The notes: a model not told the origin generated them from the letters alone. DNA of 64,000 nt from an uncultured delta proteobacterium (GCA_963767925.1 CAVYGB010000010.1:320001-384000); one strand, 5' to 3'. Positions 35,247-46,089 are shown, counted from the stretch's first letter. Program-made: numbers and translations.

Positions 35247-36248
35247 GTGAGCGCGTCGGGTGCACATCCAGAGGCTGCCGTCTCCTGTCGCGGGCTGCGC
35301 AAGGTGTACGAAGGGGGCGGAGGGTTCGGGCGCAAGGCGGCGAGCGCGGTGGTGGCGGTGGCGGAGCTGGATCTCGAGATCCCGCGGGGGTCCTGCTTCG
35401 GGCTGCTCGGGCCCAACGGGGCGGGCAAGACCACCACGGTGGAGATCCTCGAAGGGCTGTTGCCGCCCACCGCCGGGGAGGTCCGGCTGCTCGGGATGTC
35501 CTGGGACCGCGACGAGAAGCGCCTGCGCGAGCGCATCGGGGTGGCGCTGCAGGAGACGCTGCTGCCCGACAAGCTGTCGGTCGAGGAGGTGTTGACCCTG
35601 TTCCGGAGCTTCTACCCCCGGGCGCAGCCGGTGGACGCGCTGCTGGCCCAGGTGCAGCTCGAGGAGAAGCGCCGGGCCTGGGTGGGCAAGCTGTCGGGTG
35701 GCCAGCGGCAGCGGCTGGCCATCGCCTGCGCCCTGGTGGGCCAGCCCGAGATCCTCTTCCTCGACGAGCCGACAACCGGCCTCGATCCGCAGTCGCGGCG
35801 CCAGCTCTGGGAGCTGGTGGCCGGCTACAAGGCCAGCGGTGGGACGGTGGTGCTCACGACCCACTACATGGAAGAGGCCGAGCGCCTGTGCGACCGGGTG
35901 GCGGTCATCGACCACGGGCGCATCATGCGCGAGGGCCGCCCCGAAGACCTCATCGCCGGCCTCGGCGCCGCCCACGTGGTGGAGTTCGAGCTGGAGGAGG
36001 CGCCCGCTCCGGGCGCGGCGCAGCCGCTCGACGAGGCCGCCTTGCTCGCCCTGGCCACGGTGACGGCGGCGCGGGTCTCGGTCGACGGCACCTGGTCCCT
36101 GACGGTGGGCGAGCCGCACCGGGCGCTGCCCGCGCTGATCACGATGGTGCACGGCCGCGGCCTGACCCTGGGCCGCATCGCCACCCGGCACGCGACCCTG
36201 GAAGATGTCTTCGTGGCCCTCACCGGGAGGCACCTGCGCGATGCCTGA
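35247..36248 (+). CDS. ABC-2 type exporter ATP-binding protein
   Basis: GPNGAGKTT, LSGGQRQR, LFLDEPTTGLD, THYMEEAE. Confidence 0.93.
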   Translation: MSASGAHPEAAVSCRGLRKVYEGGGGFGRKAASAVVAVAELDLEIPRGSCFGLLGPNGAGKTTTVEILEGLLPPTAGEVRLLGMSWDRDEKRLRERIGVALQETLLPDKLSVEEVLTLFRSFYPRAQPVDALLAQVQLEEKRRAWVGKLSGGQRQRLAIACALVGQPEILFLDEPTTGLDPQSRRQLWELVAGYKASGGTVVLTTHYMEEAERLCDRVAVIDHGRIMREGRPEDLIAGLGAAHVVEFELEEAPAPGAAQPLDEAALLALATVTAARVSVDGTWSLTVGEPHRALPALITMVHGRGLTLGRIATRHATLEDVFVALTGRHLRDA

Positions 36249-37314
36249 TCGAACGCCCGCCGGCGCGCCGGGCGAACCGGGGCCCAACCCCATCGTCCAG
36301 CTCACGCTGATGCGCCTGCGGGAGCTCTGGCGCGAGCCGGGGGTCATCTTCTGGGTGTTCGGGTTCCCCATCCTGATCGCCGTCGCCCTGGGCCTGGCCT
36401 TCCGCGCCCGGGCCCCGGAGGCCACCGTTGTGGGCGCGCTGCCGGGTGTGTCGGCCGAGGTGCAGACCGCCCTGAAGGCCGGGGGGGTGAACGTCCAGCC
36501 GCTCGATCCGGCCGCCGCCCGGGTCGCCCTGCGCGCCGGCCGGGTGGCCCTGCTGCTGGTCCCGCCCGCTCAGCCGGGCGGCGCCCTCGGTTACCGCTTC
36601 GATCCGGTGCGGCCCGAGGCCCAGCTCGGTCGCGCCACCGTCGACGCCATCTTGCAGAAGGCGGCCGGTCGCCGGGATCTGCGGCTGGTGCGCGACGAGC
36701 CGGTGAGCGAGCCGGGCGCGCGTTACATCGACTTTCTCATCCCCGGGCTGATCGGCATGAACCTCATGTCGGGGTCGATGTGGGGCATCGGCTGGACCAT
36801 CGTCAACATGCGGGTCCGCAAGCTGCTCAAACGCCTGCTGGCGGCGCCGATGCGGCGCTCGCACCTGCTGTACGCGCAGGCCCTGGCCCGCCTGGTGCTG
36901 ATCCCGCTCGAGGTGGGGATCATCCTCGCCTTCGCCCGCCTGGCCTTCGACGTCCGGGTCAACGGATCCTGGCTGGCGCTGGCGATGGTCTCGCTGGTCG
37001 GCTCCGCCAGCTTCGCCGCCATCGCCATCCTGGTGGCCAGCCGCGCGCAGAACCACGAGTCGGTCAGCGGCCTGATGAACCTCGTCATGATGCCGATGTT
37101 CGTGCTCTCGGGGGTCTTCTTCTCGGCGAGCCACTTCCCCCAGGTCATGCAGCCGATCGTCGCCGCCCTCCCCCTCACCGCCCTCAACGATGGCCTGCGG
37201 GCCGTGATGATCGACGGCGCCAGCCTGGGGGGCATCCTGCGCCCCCTGGCGGTGATGGCCACCTGGGGCCTGCTGGCCTTCGCCGCCGGGCTGCGCCTGT
37301 TCCGCTGGCGCTGA
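36241..37314 (+). CDS. ABC-2 type exporter permease
   Basis: FWVFGFP, RYIDFLIPG, LSGVFF, six hydrophobic segments; overlaps the ATPase gene. Confidence 0.9.
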   Translation: MPDRTPAGAPGEPGPNPIVQLTLMRLRELWREPGVIFWVFGFPILIAVALGLAFRARAPEATVVGALPGVSAEVQTALKAGGVNVQPLDPAAARVALRAGRVALLLVPPAQPGGALGYRFDPVRPEAQLGRATVDAILQKAAGRRDLRLVRDEPVSEPGARYIDFLIPGLIGMNLMSGSMWGIGWTIVNMRVRKLLKRLLAAPMRRSHLLYAQALARLVLIPLEVGIILAFARLAFDVRVNGSWLALAMVSLVGSASFAAIAILVASRAQNHESVSGLMNLVMMPMFVLSGVFFSASHFPQVMQPIVAALPLTALNDGLRAVMIDGASLGGILRPLAVMATWGLLAFAAGLRLFRWR

Positions 37315-37362
37315 CCCGCGGGTCTTTCGACGGCAGGGCGCTGGCGGGCCGCCCCCCGGAGG

Positions 37363-38388
37363 TCAGGACGGGCGCGGCGGCGCGTCCTCCTCGTCGTCTT
37401 CTGCCTCTTCCCCGTCGTCGTCGTCGTCGTCGTCGTCCTCTTCGGGATCGATGAAGATGCCGCCGTGCCAGCGCTCCGCCTCCCAGAAGGTGTGGCCGGC
37501 CAGCACGTCCTGCGCCCGGGCGGTCAGCTTCACCTGATCCGCGCCCACCGCGACCAGCGGCTCCGGTCCGCCGCCGAGCCGGGAGAGGATCTCCTCCAGC
37601 ATGAGGTCGGTGAGAAACGGCCGCGCCTCGCGCGCGGCGATCGCCGACAGCAGGGCCCCCCGGGCGAGCGCGCCCCCCTCGAGGGCCTGCAGCAGCCGCG
37701 TCTCGGTGGTGGAGAGCCCCGTCGCCCCGTCGGGCAGATCTTCCAGGTGACGCGCGAGCGCGGCCCCCAGGTGCGGCAGCGCGCTCGTGTCCCCCTCGAC
37801 GAGCGTCACCAGCGCCTCGGCGTCCGGGGCGGTGAAGGCCGCCCAGGCCCGCTCGGCCAGATCCAGCGCCGCGCCGTCCGCGGGCCGGCGCGCGGCGAAC
37901 ATCGCCCGCAGCGTCTCCGGGCTGGCCTTGCCGAAGGAGCAGCCCGGGCTGCCCGGCTGATCGCCCGGGTCGACGAGCGTGATCCGGCGCCCGCCGGGCT
38001 CCTCCGCCAGCAGGACCAGGATGCGCATGAGGATGGTCTGGCAGAACAGCTCCGGTCCCGCCCAGACCACGACCTCGGTCGCGGCGGGGATCGCCCGCAA
38101 GGCCCGGTCCTGCTCCCGCAGCCGCGCCTCGACCGCCTGGACGTCCTCCGGCCCGCCCGCCGGGCGCCGGTCTCGTGGCAGCCGGCCCGGCCCACCCCCG
38201 GCCGCCAGGTAGGCCGACCGCACCCGGTACCAGGCGTAGGCGCTCAGGCCGGCGGGCGCCGGCCCCACGCAGACGGGATCGCACCACTCCAGCGTCTCGG
38301 CCGCGGTCTTCGCGATGCCGGCCGCCGCCAGCCCCTCCAGCAGACTTCGCCCGCCATGGACATGAACGATCGCCTCGGGGTCACCCAT
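37363..38388 (-). CDS. DUF1835-like domain protein with acidic tail
   Basis: WCDPVCVGP, VVVWAGPELFCQ, LARHLEDLP...GLSTTE, RWHGG. Confidence 0.7.
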   Translation of the reverse strand: MGDPEAIVHVHGGRSLLEGLAAAGIAKTAAETLEWCDPVCVGPAPAGLSAYAWYRVRSAYLAAGGGPGRLPRDRRPAGGPEDVQAVEARLREQDRALRAIPAATEVVVWAGPELFCQTILMRILVLLAEEPGGRRITLVDPGDQPGSPGCSFGKASPETLRAMFAARRPADGAALDLAERAWAAFTAPDAEALVTLVEGDTSALPHLGAALARHLEDLPDGATGLSTTETRLLQALEGGALARGALLSAIAAREARPFLTDLMLEEILSRLGGGPEPLVAVGADQVKLTARAQDVLAGHTFWEAERWHGGIFIDPEEDDDDDDDDGEEAEDDEEDAPPRPS

Positions 38389-38455
38389 GGGCCCTAGCTT
38401 GCCATGCAACCGGGCCGTTTCCGGCCCCGTTGCAGGGAGACGTCCGGAGACGCGT

Positions 38456-38947
38456 TCAGGACCGGAAGGCCTTCTCGAGCGCGGGCAGGTCGAGCTTGAC
38501 CATCTTCAGCATCGCCTCGGTGACCCGCTTGGCCCGAGCCATATCCTTGTCGTTCATCATCTCGTCCAGCCGGGCCGGAACGATCTGCCACCTCAGCCCG
38601 AAGCGGTCGATCAGCCAGCCGCACGCTTGCGGCTTGCCGCCGCCCTCGAGCAGGGCGTTCCAGTAGCGGTCCAGCTCGGCCTGGTCGTCACAGGCGACGA
38701 CGATCGAGACGGCGTCGTTGAACTCGTGGTGGGGCCCCGCAGTGATGGCCTGGAAGCGCTGGCCGAAGAGGGTGAAGTCCACGACCTTCACCGAGCCGGC
38801 CGGGCCGCTGGGGGACTCGGTGGGCAGAGGGGTGACCCGGTCGACCCGCGAATCCGGGAAGATCGAGGCGTAGTAGCGCGCGGCTTCCTCGGCCTGGGTG
38901 GCGTACCAGAGGTGCGTGTAGATCTTCGACTTTCGCGGCGTTGCCAT
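38456..38947 (-). CDS. VOC family protein (PhnB / 3-demethylubiquinone-9 methyltransferase-like)
   Basis: HLWY..QAEEAARYY, QAELDRYW, CGWLIDRFGLRWQIVP. Confidence 0.9.
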   Translation of the reverse strand: MATPRKSKIYTHLWYATQAEEAARYYASIFPDSRVDRVTPLPTESPSGPAGSVKVVDFTLFGQRFQAITAGPHHEFNDAVSIVVACDDQAELDRYWNALLEGGGKPQACGWLIDRFGLRWQIVPARLDEMMNDKDMARAKRVTEAMLKMVKLDLPALEKAFRS

Positions 38948-39269
38948 GAGCGGCCTCCTTTTCTGTTGTCCCCGGAGCGGCGGACCGGCCCGGCATGGGC
39001 GTGACCAACCGCTCTCCCCTGTCACGACGAACCAGCCCGGGCCGGGCCGACATGCTCGCCCTCTTTTTCATCGCCCCTACCGCGCGACGTGTCAGCCCGC
39101 CCCGGAGCGGCCTTCCCAGGATCTGACCACGAGAGGGGTCGACACGCGCCGGGGGCGGTCCCGACGCTCCTCGAATCCGTCGATCCCCCGATAGCGCCCC
39201 GATGGCGCCAGCCTGCGCCGGCGAGGGGCGGCCCGCCTTCCTGTTGACATCCGACAGGAGGGTCCATAG

Positions 39270-40321
39270 GGGTCGAGCAGGTCAAGGAGGCGGCCCGCGA
39301 CGTGCGCGGCGTGCGGGTGCTGGAGCAGGCCGGCCAGGACTTGCGCCACGGCCTGCGCCTGCTGCGAAATCCCCCGGCTTCACCGCGGTGGCGGTGCTCT
39401 CCCTGGCGCTCGGGATCGGGGCCAACACGGCGCTGTTCAGCGTCACCGACGCCATGTTGCTGAGCGCCCTCCCGGTCGAGGAGCCCGACCGCCTGGTGCT
39501 GTTCGAGTGGCAGGCGGGCGACGCCTTCCGCAGCGGCGGCATCGACGGCTGGAGCTTCCTCGGCCGGGCTGGCCGCAGCGGCAGCTCGTCCTTCCACAGC
39601 CGGGTCTACCAGGGCCTGCGCGACGGGTCGGCGGCCGTCCCGCAGGTCTTCGCCTTCGCCGAGCTCCGCAAGGCCAACCTCCTCGTCGGCGGGCAGGCCG
39701 AGGTCGCCGACGGGCAATACGTCTCGGGAAACTACTTCGCGGCCCTCGGGGTGACGGCCTGGCGCGGCCGCCTGCTGTCCGGGGAGGACGATCGCGCCGA
39801 CGCGCCCCCCGCGGCGGTGCTCAGCCACGCCTACTGGCAAGCGCGGCTGGGCGGCGATCCGGGCGTGCTGGGCAAGACCATCGCCATCAACGCCATCCCC
39901 TTCACCGTCGTGGGGGTGGCGCCGCCCCGCTTCCAGGGGACGCTGCAGGTCGACTCGCGGCCGGTGGTCTTCGTGGCGGTGGCCATGGAGCCGCGCCTGG
40001 CGCCCGGGCGTTCCCGTCGGTCGCGCAGCGGACCACGGAGATCGGCATCCGCATGGCGCTCGGCGCGCAGACCAGCCGGGTGCGACGCATGGTGGTGGCC
40101 CTGGGCCTGCGGCTGGTTGCGGCCGGCGTGCTGCTGGGGGCCTCGCCGCGCTGGCCCTCGGCGCGATCGTCGAGAGCCAGCTCTACGGCGTGCCGGCCCG
40201 GGACCCCGCCACCTTGCTGCTGGCGGCGACGACCCTGCTGGCGGTGGCCCTGCTGGCCTGCTGGATCCCCGCCGCCCGCGCGGCGCAGGTCGATCCGATG
40301 ATCGCCCTGCGCAGCGGGTGA
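39270..40321 (+). pseudogene. ADOP/MacB-like duplicated permease, disrupted (frameshifts and large internal deletion)
   Basis: QDLRHGLRLLR/KSPGFTAVAVLSLALGIGANTALFS N-terminus joined near 40015 directly to the C-terminal [17 protein letters not shown]...[10 protein letters not shown]. Confidence 0.8.
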
Positions 40322-40567
40322 CGTGGAAAGGCCGGCCAGCGCGGAGCGCAGCGTCCAGCCCGCCAGCCTTACCACCCGGAAAGGCCCCCTTATGGGGGGG
40401 CGGGCTCGACGCCGGCCGCTGTCTGCGGGCGCCAGCGCAGCCCGGACGGGGGCCCGCTGCACGGTCCTGCCGCCGGTACCAGCATTTTTGCTGACGCCGG
40501 CCCCCGGGGTGACTGTATTGTCCGTGGCCTCACCATCCCGTTCCGTCAGCACGAAGGAACGCCCCGG

Positions 40568-42328
40568 TTGAAGCACAGCCGCCCCTCCGTCCCCCACGAA
40601 GGTCCCCCCGAAGACAGGTCGTACGGGTCCGCCGGTCGTCAGATCGGACCTTACGATCTGCTCGAATCGCTGGGACAGGGAGCGATGTCCGAGGTCTTCA
40701 AGGCCCGCCACCGCTACCTCGGCTGCATCCGGGCGGTGAAGCTGCTGCACCCCCAGGTCGACGCCGAGCCCGACACGATCGGCCGGCTGCTCACCGAGGC
40801 GCGCGCCCTGGCGCGGCTGCGCCATCCCGCCATCGTCGAGGTGCACGACTGCGACGTCCTCGGCGACACCGCCTTCATCGCCATGGAGTACCTGGAGGGC
40901 GAGTCGCTGCGCGCCTGGCTCGACCGCATCGGCCCCCTGTCCGCCGCGCCCCGGCTGGCCGCCGCCATCGTGGCGGCCATCGCCGAGGGGCTCGCCTTCG
41001 CCCACAGTCGCGGGGTCGTGCATCGGGACCTCAAGCCCGAGAACATCCTGCTGGTCCCCGATCCGGCCGACGGCCGGCGCTTTGCCCTCAAGATCCTCGA
41101 CTTCGGCCTGGCCAAGCTGGAGGGCGAGGAGTCGCTCACCACCACCCGCGCCGATTGCGTCATCGGGACCGCGCTCTACATGGCGCCCGAGCGCTGGCGC
41201 GCGAGCCAGCCGGTCGATCACCGCTCGGACATCTACGCGCTCGGCTGCCTGCTCTTCGAGCTCCTCTCCGGCCAGCCCCCCTTCTGCGAAACCAGCGACG
41301 CGGCCATCATGCGGGCCCACCTGGTGGAGGCGCCCCCCGAGGTGCGGGCCTTCGCCCCCGACGTGCCGGCCGCCTTCCAGCCGCTGCTGGCGCGCATGCT
41401 GGCCAAGGATCCGGAGGCCCGCCACGGATCGCTCGATGACGTGCTGGTCGACCTCGAGTCGATCCTGGGGCGAAACCGGTCGACCTGGAGCGAGCACCTG
41501 CGCACGCCGCGGACGGCGCTCCATCCCCTGGGGGCCCTCGACGATGTCACAAGCCCCGACGGCCGACCTCGGGCGCCCTGGCTGGGCTGGCTGGCCTGGC
41601 TGCGGGCGCGCCTGACCGGCCTGGGCGGACCTGCTGGCGAGGCGGGATCCGCGACGCCGCTGCGCGACCGGCTCCCCGCCTGGCTGCGCGCGCAGCCGGC
41701 CTGGCTGGCCCGGCTGGGCGATCGGTTGCCGGTGTCGTGGCGCGCTCGAGCGGGGCGCTGGTTCGGCGACACCCGCCTCCGGATGGCGCTCGGCGGCTCG
41801 GCCATCATCCTGGCCGCGGCCCTGCTGCTGACCAACCGGGCCGCGACGACCGCCCCCCCGGCAGCCAGCCCCGAGGCCACCGCGATCGCGCCGCCGACCC
41901 GCGCGACCGCGGACCCCATCGCCACCGCAGCGCCCGCCCCGGAGCTCCCGGCGGACGAGGTGGCGCCGCCCCCGGTCGCGAGACGGCCTGTCCCGGCGCC
42001 TCCGGCCCGTCCGGCGAGACGCCGGATCGCCTACAGCGTCCTCGTCACCTCGGCCCCTCCCGGCGCGCTGGCCTGGGTGTCCGGCGAGCGGGTAGCCCGC
42101 GGCCGGACCCCGATCGACATCCAGCTCACCTCCCCGCGACCCCGGCGCGTGCAGCTCGCGGCCCCCGGGTTCCGGACGACGACCGTCATCGTCTCGAGCG
42201 CCCTGCCCGGCGGGCACGTGCACGCCCGGCTCCTGCCGGCGGTTGGACCGGCCCGACCGGCGGCAGGCCGCCGCCAGCTCCGGCCGACCCAGGATCCGCT
42301 CCGGACCTACCGCCCGATCGGCGACTGA
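40568..42328 (+). CDS. Hanks-type Ser/Thr protein kinase with TM segment and PEGA-like C-terminal domain
   Basis: LGQGAMSEV, AVK, HRDLKPEN, DFG, YMAPE, DIYALG; VTSAPPGA...GRTP. Confidence 0.92.
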   Translation: MKHSRPSVPHEGPPEDRSYGSAGRQIGPYDLLESLGQGAMSEVFKARHRYLGCIRAVKLLHPQVDAEPDTIGRLLTEARALARLRHPAIVEVHDCDVLGDTAFIAMEYLEGESLRAWLDRIGPLSAAPRLAAAIVAAIAEGLAFAHSRGVVHRDLKPENILLVPDPADGRRFALKILDFGLAKLEGEESLTTTRADCVIGTALYMAPERWRASQPVDHRSDIYALGCLLFELLSGQPPFCETSDAAIMRAHLVEAPPEVRAFAPDVPAAFQPLLARMLAKDPEARHGSLDDVLVDLESILGRNRSTWSEHLRTPRTALHPLGALDDVTSPDGRPRAPWLGWLAWLRARLTGLGGPAGEAGSATPLRDRLPAWLRAQPAWLARLGDRLPVSWRARAGRWFGDTRLRMALGGSAIILAAALLLTNRAATTAPPAASPEATAIAPPTRATADPIATAAPAPELPADEVAPPPVARRPVPAPPARPARRRIAYSVLVTSAPPGALAWVSGERVARGRTPIDIQLTSPRPRRVQLAAPGFRTTTVIVSSALPGGHVHARLLPAVGPARPAAGRRQLRPTQDPLRTYRPIGD

Positions 42329-42357
42329 CGCCGGTCCTGCCCGGGAGGGACGGCTCG

Positions 42358-43071
42358 TCAGGTGGGGGCGGTCCACTCGGTGACGAAGGGGCGCAGGGAG
42401 AGCTCGTGGGTCCAGGCCCGGGGATCCTGGCGATACAGGTACTCGCAGGCGCGGGCGATCTCCTCGGGCGGCACCGCCCGGTCGCGGCCCATCTTCGCGA
42501 CCCAGGCGGCGGCGGCGGGCGTCTCGATGGCGGCGTCGATCGGCAGGTAGGCGACGTGGACCCGGTGGCTGCGCCACTCCCGCGCCGCCACCTGTACCAG
42601 GGCGCGCAGGCCGTGCTGCGCGGCCCCGAGAGCGGCGAAGCCCTCCTTGGTGCGCACCCCCGACGAGGTGCCGATCTGAAGGAAGGTCCCGCGCTGCTGC
42701 TCGAGCAGCTTGCGGCCCACCACCTGCAGCAGGTTCCAGGTGCCCCGCACGTAAGCCTCGAGGCTTCTGGCCAGCTCGGCCTCGTCGATCTCGATCAGCG
42801 CCTTGTTCCCGAAGCGCCCGCCCGCGGTCTGCGCGGCGACGACGAGGTCCACGCCCGGCCGATCCACGAGGGCCCCGAGCGTCGCGCGATCGCGAAGGTC
42901 GCAGACCAGCGCCACGCCCTGGCCGCCGGCCCCGTCCACCTCGGCCGCGACCGCCTCGACAGTCTCCCGGGTCCGCCCCGCGCAGACCACCTGCCAGCCC
43001 AGCCGCGCGAAGTGGACGGCGATGGCCCGCCCCAGACCGCGCACCCCCACCACGACGAGTGTCTCAGCCAT
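42358..43071 (-). CDS. Short-chain dehydrogenase/reductase
   Basis: VVVGVRGLGRAIA, LRALVQVAARE, VHVAYL, AWTHEL. Confidence 0.85.
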   Translation of the reverse strand: MAETLVVVGVRGLGRAIAVHFARLGWQVVCAGRTRETVEAVAAEVDGAGGQGVALVCDLRDRATLGALVDRPGVDLVVAAQTAGGRFGNKALIEIDEAELARSLEAYVRGTWNLLQVVGRKLLEQQRGTFLQIGTSSGVRTKEGFAALGAAQHGLRALVQVAAREWRSHRVHVAYLPIDAAIETPAAAAWVAKMGRDRAVPPEEIARACEYLYRQDPRAWTHELSLRPFVTEWTAPT

Positions 43072-43213
43072 GCCGGCAGTGTCTCCCCGCGGCCCACGGC
43101 GAGCAATCCGAAGAGCACCCCCAGCTTGGCCGACGTCCTGGCCGACGTCCTGGCCACCCTCGTCCTTTCTTGGCCGGCGCCCCACCCGCGGCGTCACCAC
43201 TAGAAGAACGAAC

Positions 43214-44191
43214 ATGATGAGACGTTTCAACAAGATAGAGCTTGGCGTATGCTTGCTGGTTCTGGCCTGTGGAGGGCCCGAAGGCGGGGACTCCGGAGGA
43301 GGAACCGGTGGAGCGGGGGGCTCGGCGGGTCAGGCGGGCAGCCCCGCCGGGACCACGGGCGGCAGCGGCGCGGGCACGGGTGGCGCGGCGGGCGGCGCCG
43401 GCACCGGCGGTGCGTCGGCGGGCACGGGTGGTGGCAGTGGCGGCTCCGCCGGCAGCGGCCGCAGCGACGCCGGCCTGCCCAGCGGGACGGCTCCCGACGG
43501 CGGAGCCGCCTCCGATGCGGGCGCGCCCGTCCCGCCCTCCGCGGCCGGCCAGGGACCGGTGGCCAGCGGGCGGGTCGTGTTCTCGAACGACTTCGAGCAG
43601 AACGAGATCACCGGGTTCGAGCGATCGCCGGTCGGGATACCCGCCGACCGGGTGCAGATCGTTGACGATCCGCTCGGTCAGCGGGGCAAGGTGGTCCAGG
43701 TCGAGTGGCGATCCGGGGACCGCTTCCGCACCTCGGGCGGGACCGAGCCGCGAAGCTGGTTCTCGAATCGCCCCGGACACGAGTTTCCTCCGGGCACCAA
43801 CGTCAGCCACGCCTTCGGCATGATGATCAACCAGGCCGACACGAACTACGCCTTCGGCCAGGTCATCTCCTCGGGCGGCCCGGTGTGGATGCTGATCGTC
43901 GAGGGGGCCGGCCGCTTGACCGTGTTCTGCAACGCCTGCGGCGGAAACACCCGCCACATGACCCTCGAGCCGAAGAGGTGGTACGACTTCCGCATCGACA
44001 TGGACTTCCGCGTCGGCGGCGACGTGCGCTTCTTCGTCGACGGCCAGATGTTCCGGATGGGCCGGGTGGCCAGCACCCGCGGCACCATCGCCCACTGGGA
44101 CGGCGGCATCTACAACCGGGCCCCCGGCACCGGAGGAAATCGCACCCGCCAGGTTTTCCTCAGCAACCTCAGCGTGGGCCTGCGCGAATAG
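43214..44191 (+). CDS. Lipoprotein with Gly-rich linker and polysaccharide-lyase-like jelly-roll domain
   Basis: LVLAC lipobox, Gly/Ser linker, FSNDFE, RWYDFRI, WDGGIY. Confidence 0.65.
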   Translation: MMRRFNKIELGVCLLVLACGGPEGGDSGGGTGGAGGSAGQAGSPAGTTGGSGAGTGGAAGGAGTGGASAGTGGGSGGSAGSGRSDAGLPSGTAPDGGAASDAGAPVPPSAAGQGPVASGRVVFSNDFEQNEITGFERSPVGIPADRVQIVDDPLGQRGKVVQVEWRSGDRFRTSGGTEPRSWFSNRPGHEFPPGTNVSHAFGMMINQADTNYAFGQVISSGGPVWMLIVEGAGRLTVFCNACGGNTRHMTLEPKRWYDFRIDMDFRVGGDVRFFVDGQMFRMGRVASTRGTIAHWDGGIYNRAPGTGGNRTRQVFLSNLSVGLRE

Positions 44192-44206
44192 GGCAGCGCT
44201 CCGCCC

Positions 44207-45337
44207 TCACCGCCGGAGCTGCTGGAGGAACGTCCGGAGATCCTCGGCGAAGATCTCCGGCACCTCCCAGGACGAGTGGTGGCCGCCGCGCGGCGGCTCG
44301 CTCCAGTAGACGAGGTTCACCTGGCGCTCGGCCCACTGGCGGGGCACGGGCGCGTCGAGCGGCATGCGCGCCATGCCGGCGGGGGCCGGGGCGCGGGCCG
44401 GTTTGGGCGCGCCGGGGTTGCCGTACACGGCGCGCGCGGTCTCGAGGTACATGCGCATCGCCGATCCGATGCTGCCGCTCACCCAGTAGATCATGGCGTT
44501 GGTGATGAGCTCGTCGAGGGTGAAGCGCTGCTCGATCTTGTCGGGGGCGCCGCTGGCGAACAGGTTCATGAGCCAGGCGGCCAGCCCCACCGGTGAGTCG
44601 TTCATGGCGAAGGCCAGGCTCTGCGGCTTTGTCGACTGGATGATGTTGAACCCGCCCTCCCGCATCCACCAGGCCTGGATCCACTGGGCGAACTCCATCT
44701 CCGGCGGCGACAGCGTCGAGAAGTCGGTCGTGCCGTCGGGGTAGCCGACGTCCACCACGTAGATGCCCTGGACGGCCTCGGGGTGACGCCGGGACATGGC
44801 CATGGGGACGGGCCCGTCCCCGCCGCCCGCCAGGTAGCGCCGGTAGCCGAGGCCCTCCATCAGCCGGGCCAGGGTGTCCGCCATCGGGTCGACGGCCATC
44901 GCCGTGGGGGCGGAGAAGCCGTACCCGGGCAAGCTGGGGATCACGACGTCGAAGGAGAGGTTGGGGTCTCCGCCGTGGGCGCCCGGATCGGTCAGCAGCG
45001 GGATCACCTTGAGGAACCGGTAAAACGAGTCCGGGAAGGAGTGGATGAGCAGCAGCGGGGTGGGGTTCGGGCCCTTGCCCCGCACGTGCACGTAGTGCAG
45101 CGACGTCCCGTCGACGTCGGCGGTAAATTGCGGATGGGCGTTGAGGGCCGCCTCCTGGGCGCGCCAGTCGTAGCGGTCGCGCCAGTGATCGGCGAGCCGC
45201 TTCATGAAGGTGAGGTCGGTGCCGAGGCTCCAGCCGGCGTCTTGCGGCTGCTCTGGCCAGCGGGTGGCGGCCAGGCGGCTGCGCAGGTCGGCCAGGGTCG
45301 AGTCGGAGACGGCGATGCGAAAGGGCGTGGTCTTCAT
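44207..45337 (-). CDS. Microsomal-type epoxide hydrolase family protein
   Basis: PFRIAV..DL..RL, YDWRAQE, PSLPGYGFS, DSPVGLAAW, GGHHSSWEVP. Confidence 0.9.
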   Translation of the reverse strand: MKTTPFRIAVSDSTLADLRSRLAATRWPEQPQDAGWSLGTDLTFMKRLADHWRDRYDWRAQEAALNAHPQFTADVDGTSLHYVHVRGKGPNPTPLLLIHSFPDSFYRFLKVIPLLTDPGAHGGDPNLSFDVVIPSLPGYGFSAPTAMAVDPMADTLARLMEGLGYRRYLAGGGDGPVPMAMSRRHPEAVQGIYVVDVGYPDGTTDFSTLSPPEMEFAQWIQAWWMREGGFNIIQSTKPQSLAFAMNDSPVGLAAWLMNLFASGAPDKIEQRFTLDELITNAMIYWVSGSIGSAMRMYLETARAVYGNPGAPKPARAPAPAGMARMPLDAPVPRQWAERQVNLVYWSEPPRGGHHSSWEVPEIFAEDLRTFLQQLRR

Positions 45338-45402
45338 GCCCCTGATTCAAGCAGCGTCGCCCCGCCCGCTCTTGAACAAAACCGACAAAACGCCGGGGCC
45401 GC

Positions 45403-46089
45403 TCAGGGCAGGGACGCCGCGGCGATCTGGCCGGGGGTCTTCCCCATGATGGCCTTCAGCAACCGGGTGAGGTGCGGCTGGTCGGCGTAGCCCAGCTCGA
45501 GCGCGACGTCCACCGCGCGCCGGCCGGCCTGCAAGAGCTCCATCGCCCGGCGCGCGCGCTGGATCTGCTGCAGCCGCTTGGCGGTCATCCCCGTCGCCTG
45601 CAGGAAATGCCGCTGCACCGAGCGGGGCGAGATCGCCCGCGGACTCCCGTCCACGACCCCCCCGACGATCTCGTCCCGGACGATCAGCTCGCGGCGCACC
45701 AGGCGGTCCACCATCCCCTCGGCGTTGTCGAAGGTGGGGATCTCCAGCCGGTCGCCCTCCAGCCAGAAGGACCCCGACGAAGCGCGCGGCGCCTCGCAGG
45801 GGAGCAGCAGGCCGCGGTCGAGCATCTCCACGCCCGGCAAGCGCGGCCGGAACACCCCCGGCCGAAAGGAGATGGCCAGGTACTCGTCGCCAGCCTGGTA
45901 GTCGAGGAGCACCGGTCTGGTGATGAGGCCCGTCTGTAGCATCTGCACCCGCCCGCCGACCTTCATGACCACCAGGTCCCAGCAGCCGTCGGGCGCGGTG
46001 ACGTCCTGGGTGTCCTGCTCGTAACGCACCCGGGTGATCCGGGCGACGAGGGGGGAGTCCGAGGCGCGCTCTTGCCGCCACATGCTCAT
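45403..46089 (-). CDS. AraC-family transcriptional regulator
   Basis: PDGCWDL, SPRSVQRHF, GYADQPHLTR. Confidence 0.85.
   Translation of the reverse strand: MSMWRQERASDSPLVARITRVRYEQDTQDVTAPDGCWDLVVMKVGGRVQMLQTGLITRPVLLDYQAGDEYLAISFRPGVFRPRLPGVEMLDRGLLLPCEAPRASSGSFWLEGDRLEIPTFDNAEGMVDRLVRRELIVRDEIVGGVVDGSPRAISPRSVQRHFLQATGMTAKRLQQIQRARRAMELLQAGRRAVDVALELGYADQPHLTRLLKAIMGKTPGQIAAASLP

Noticed and set aside
35247..37314. ABC exporter as the transporter for the RiPP cluster
   Set aside because: It is 20 kb away with unrelated genes in between and is a common generic ABC-2 system.
43127..43155. TGGCCGACGTCC x2 direct repeat between divergent genes as an operator
   Set aside because: Short and GC-rich, with no adjacent regulator; not enough support.
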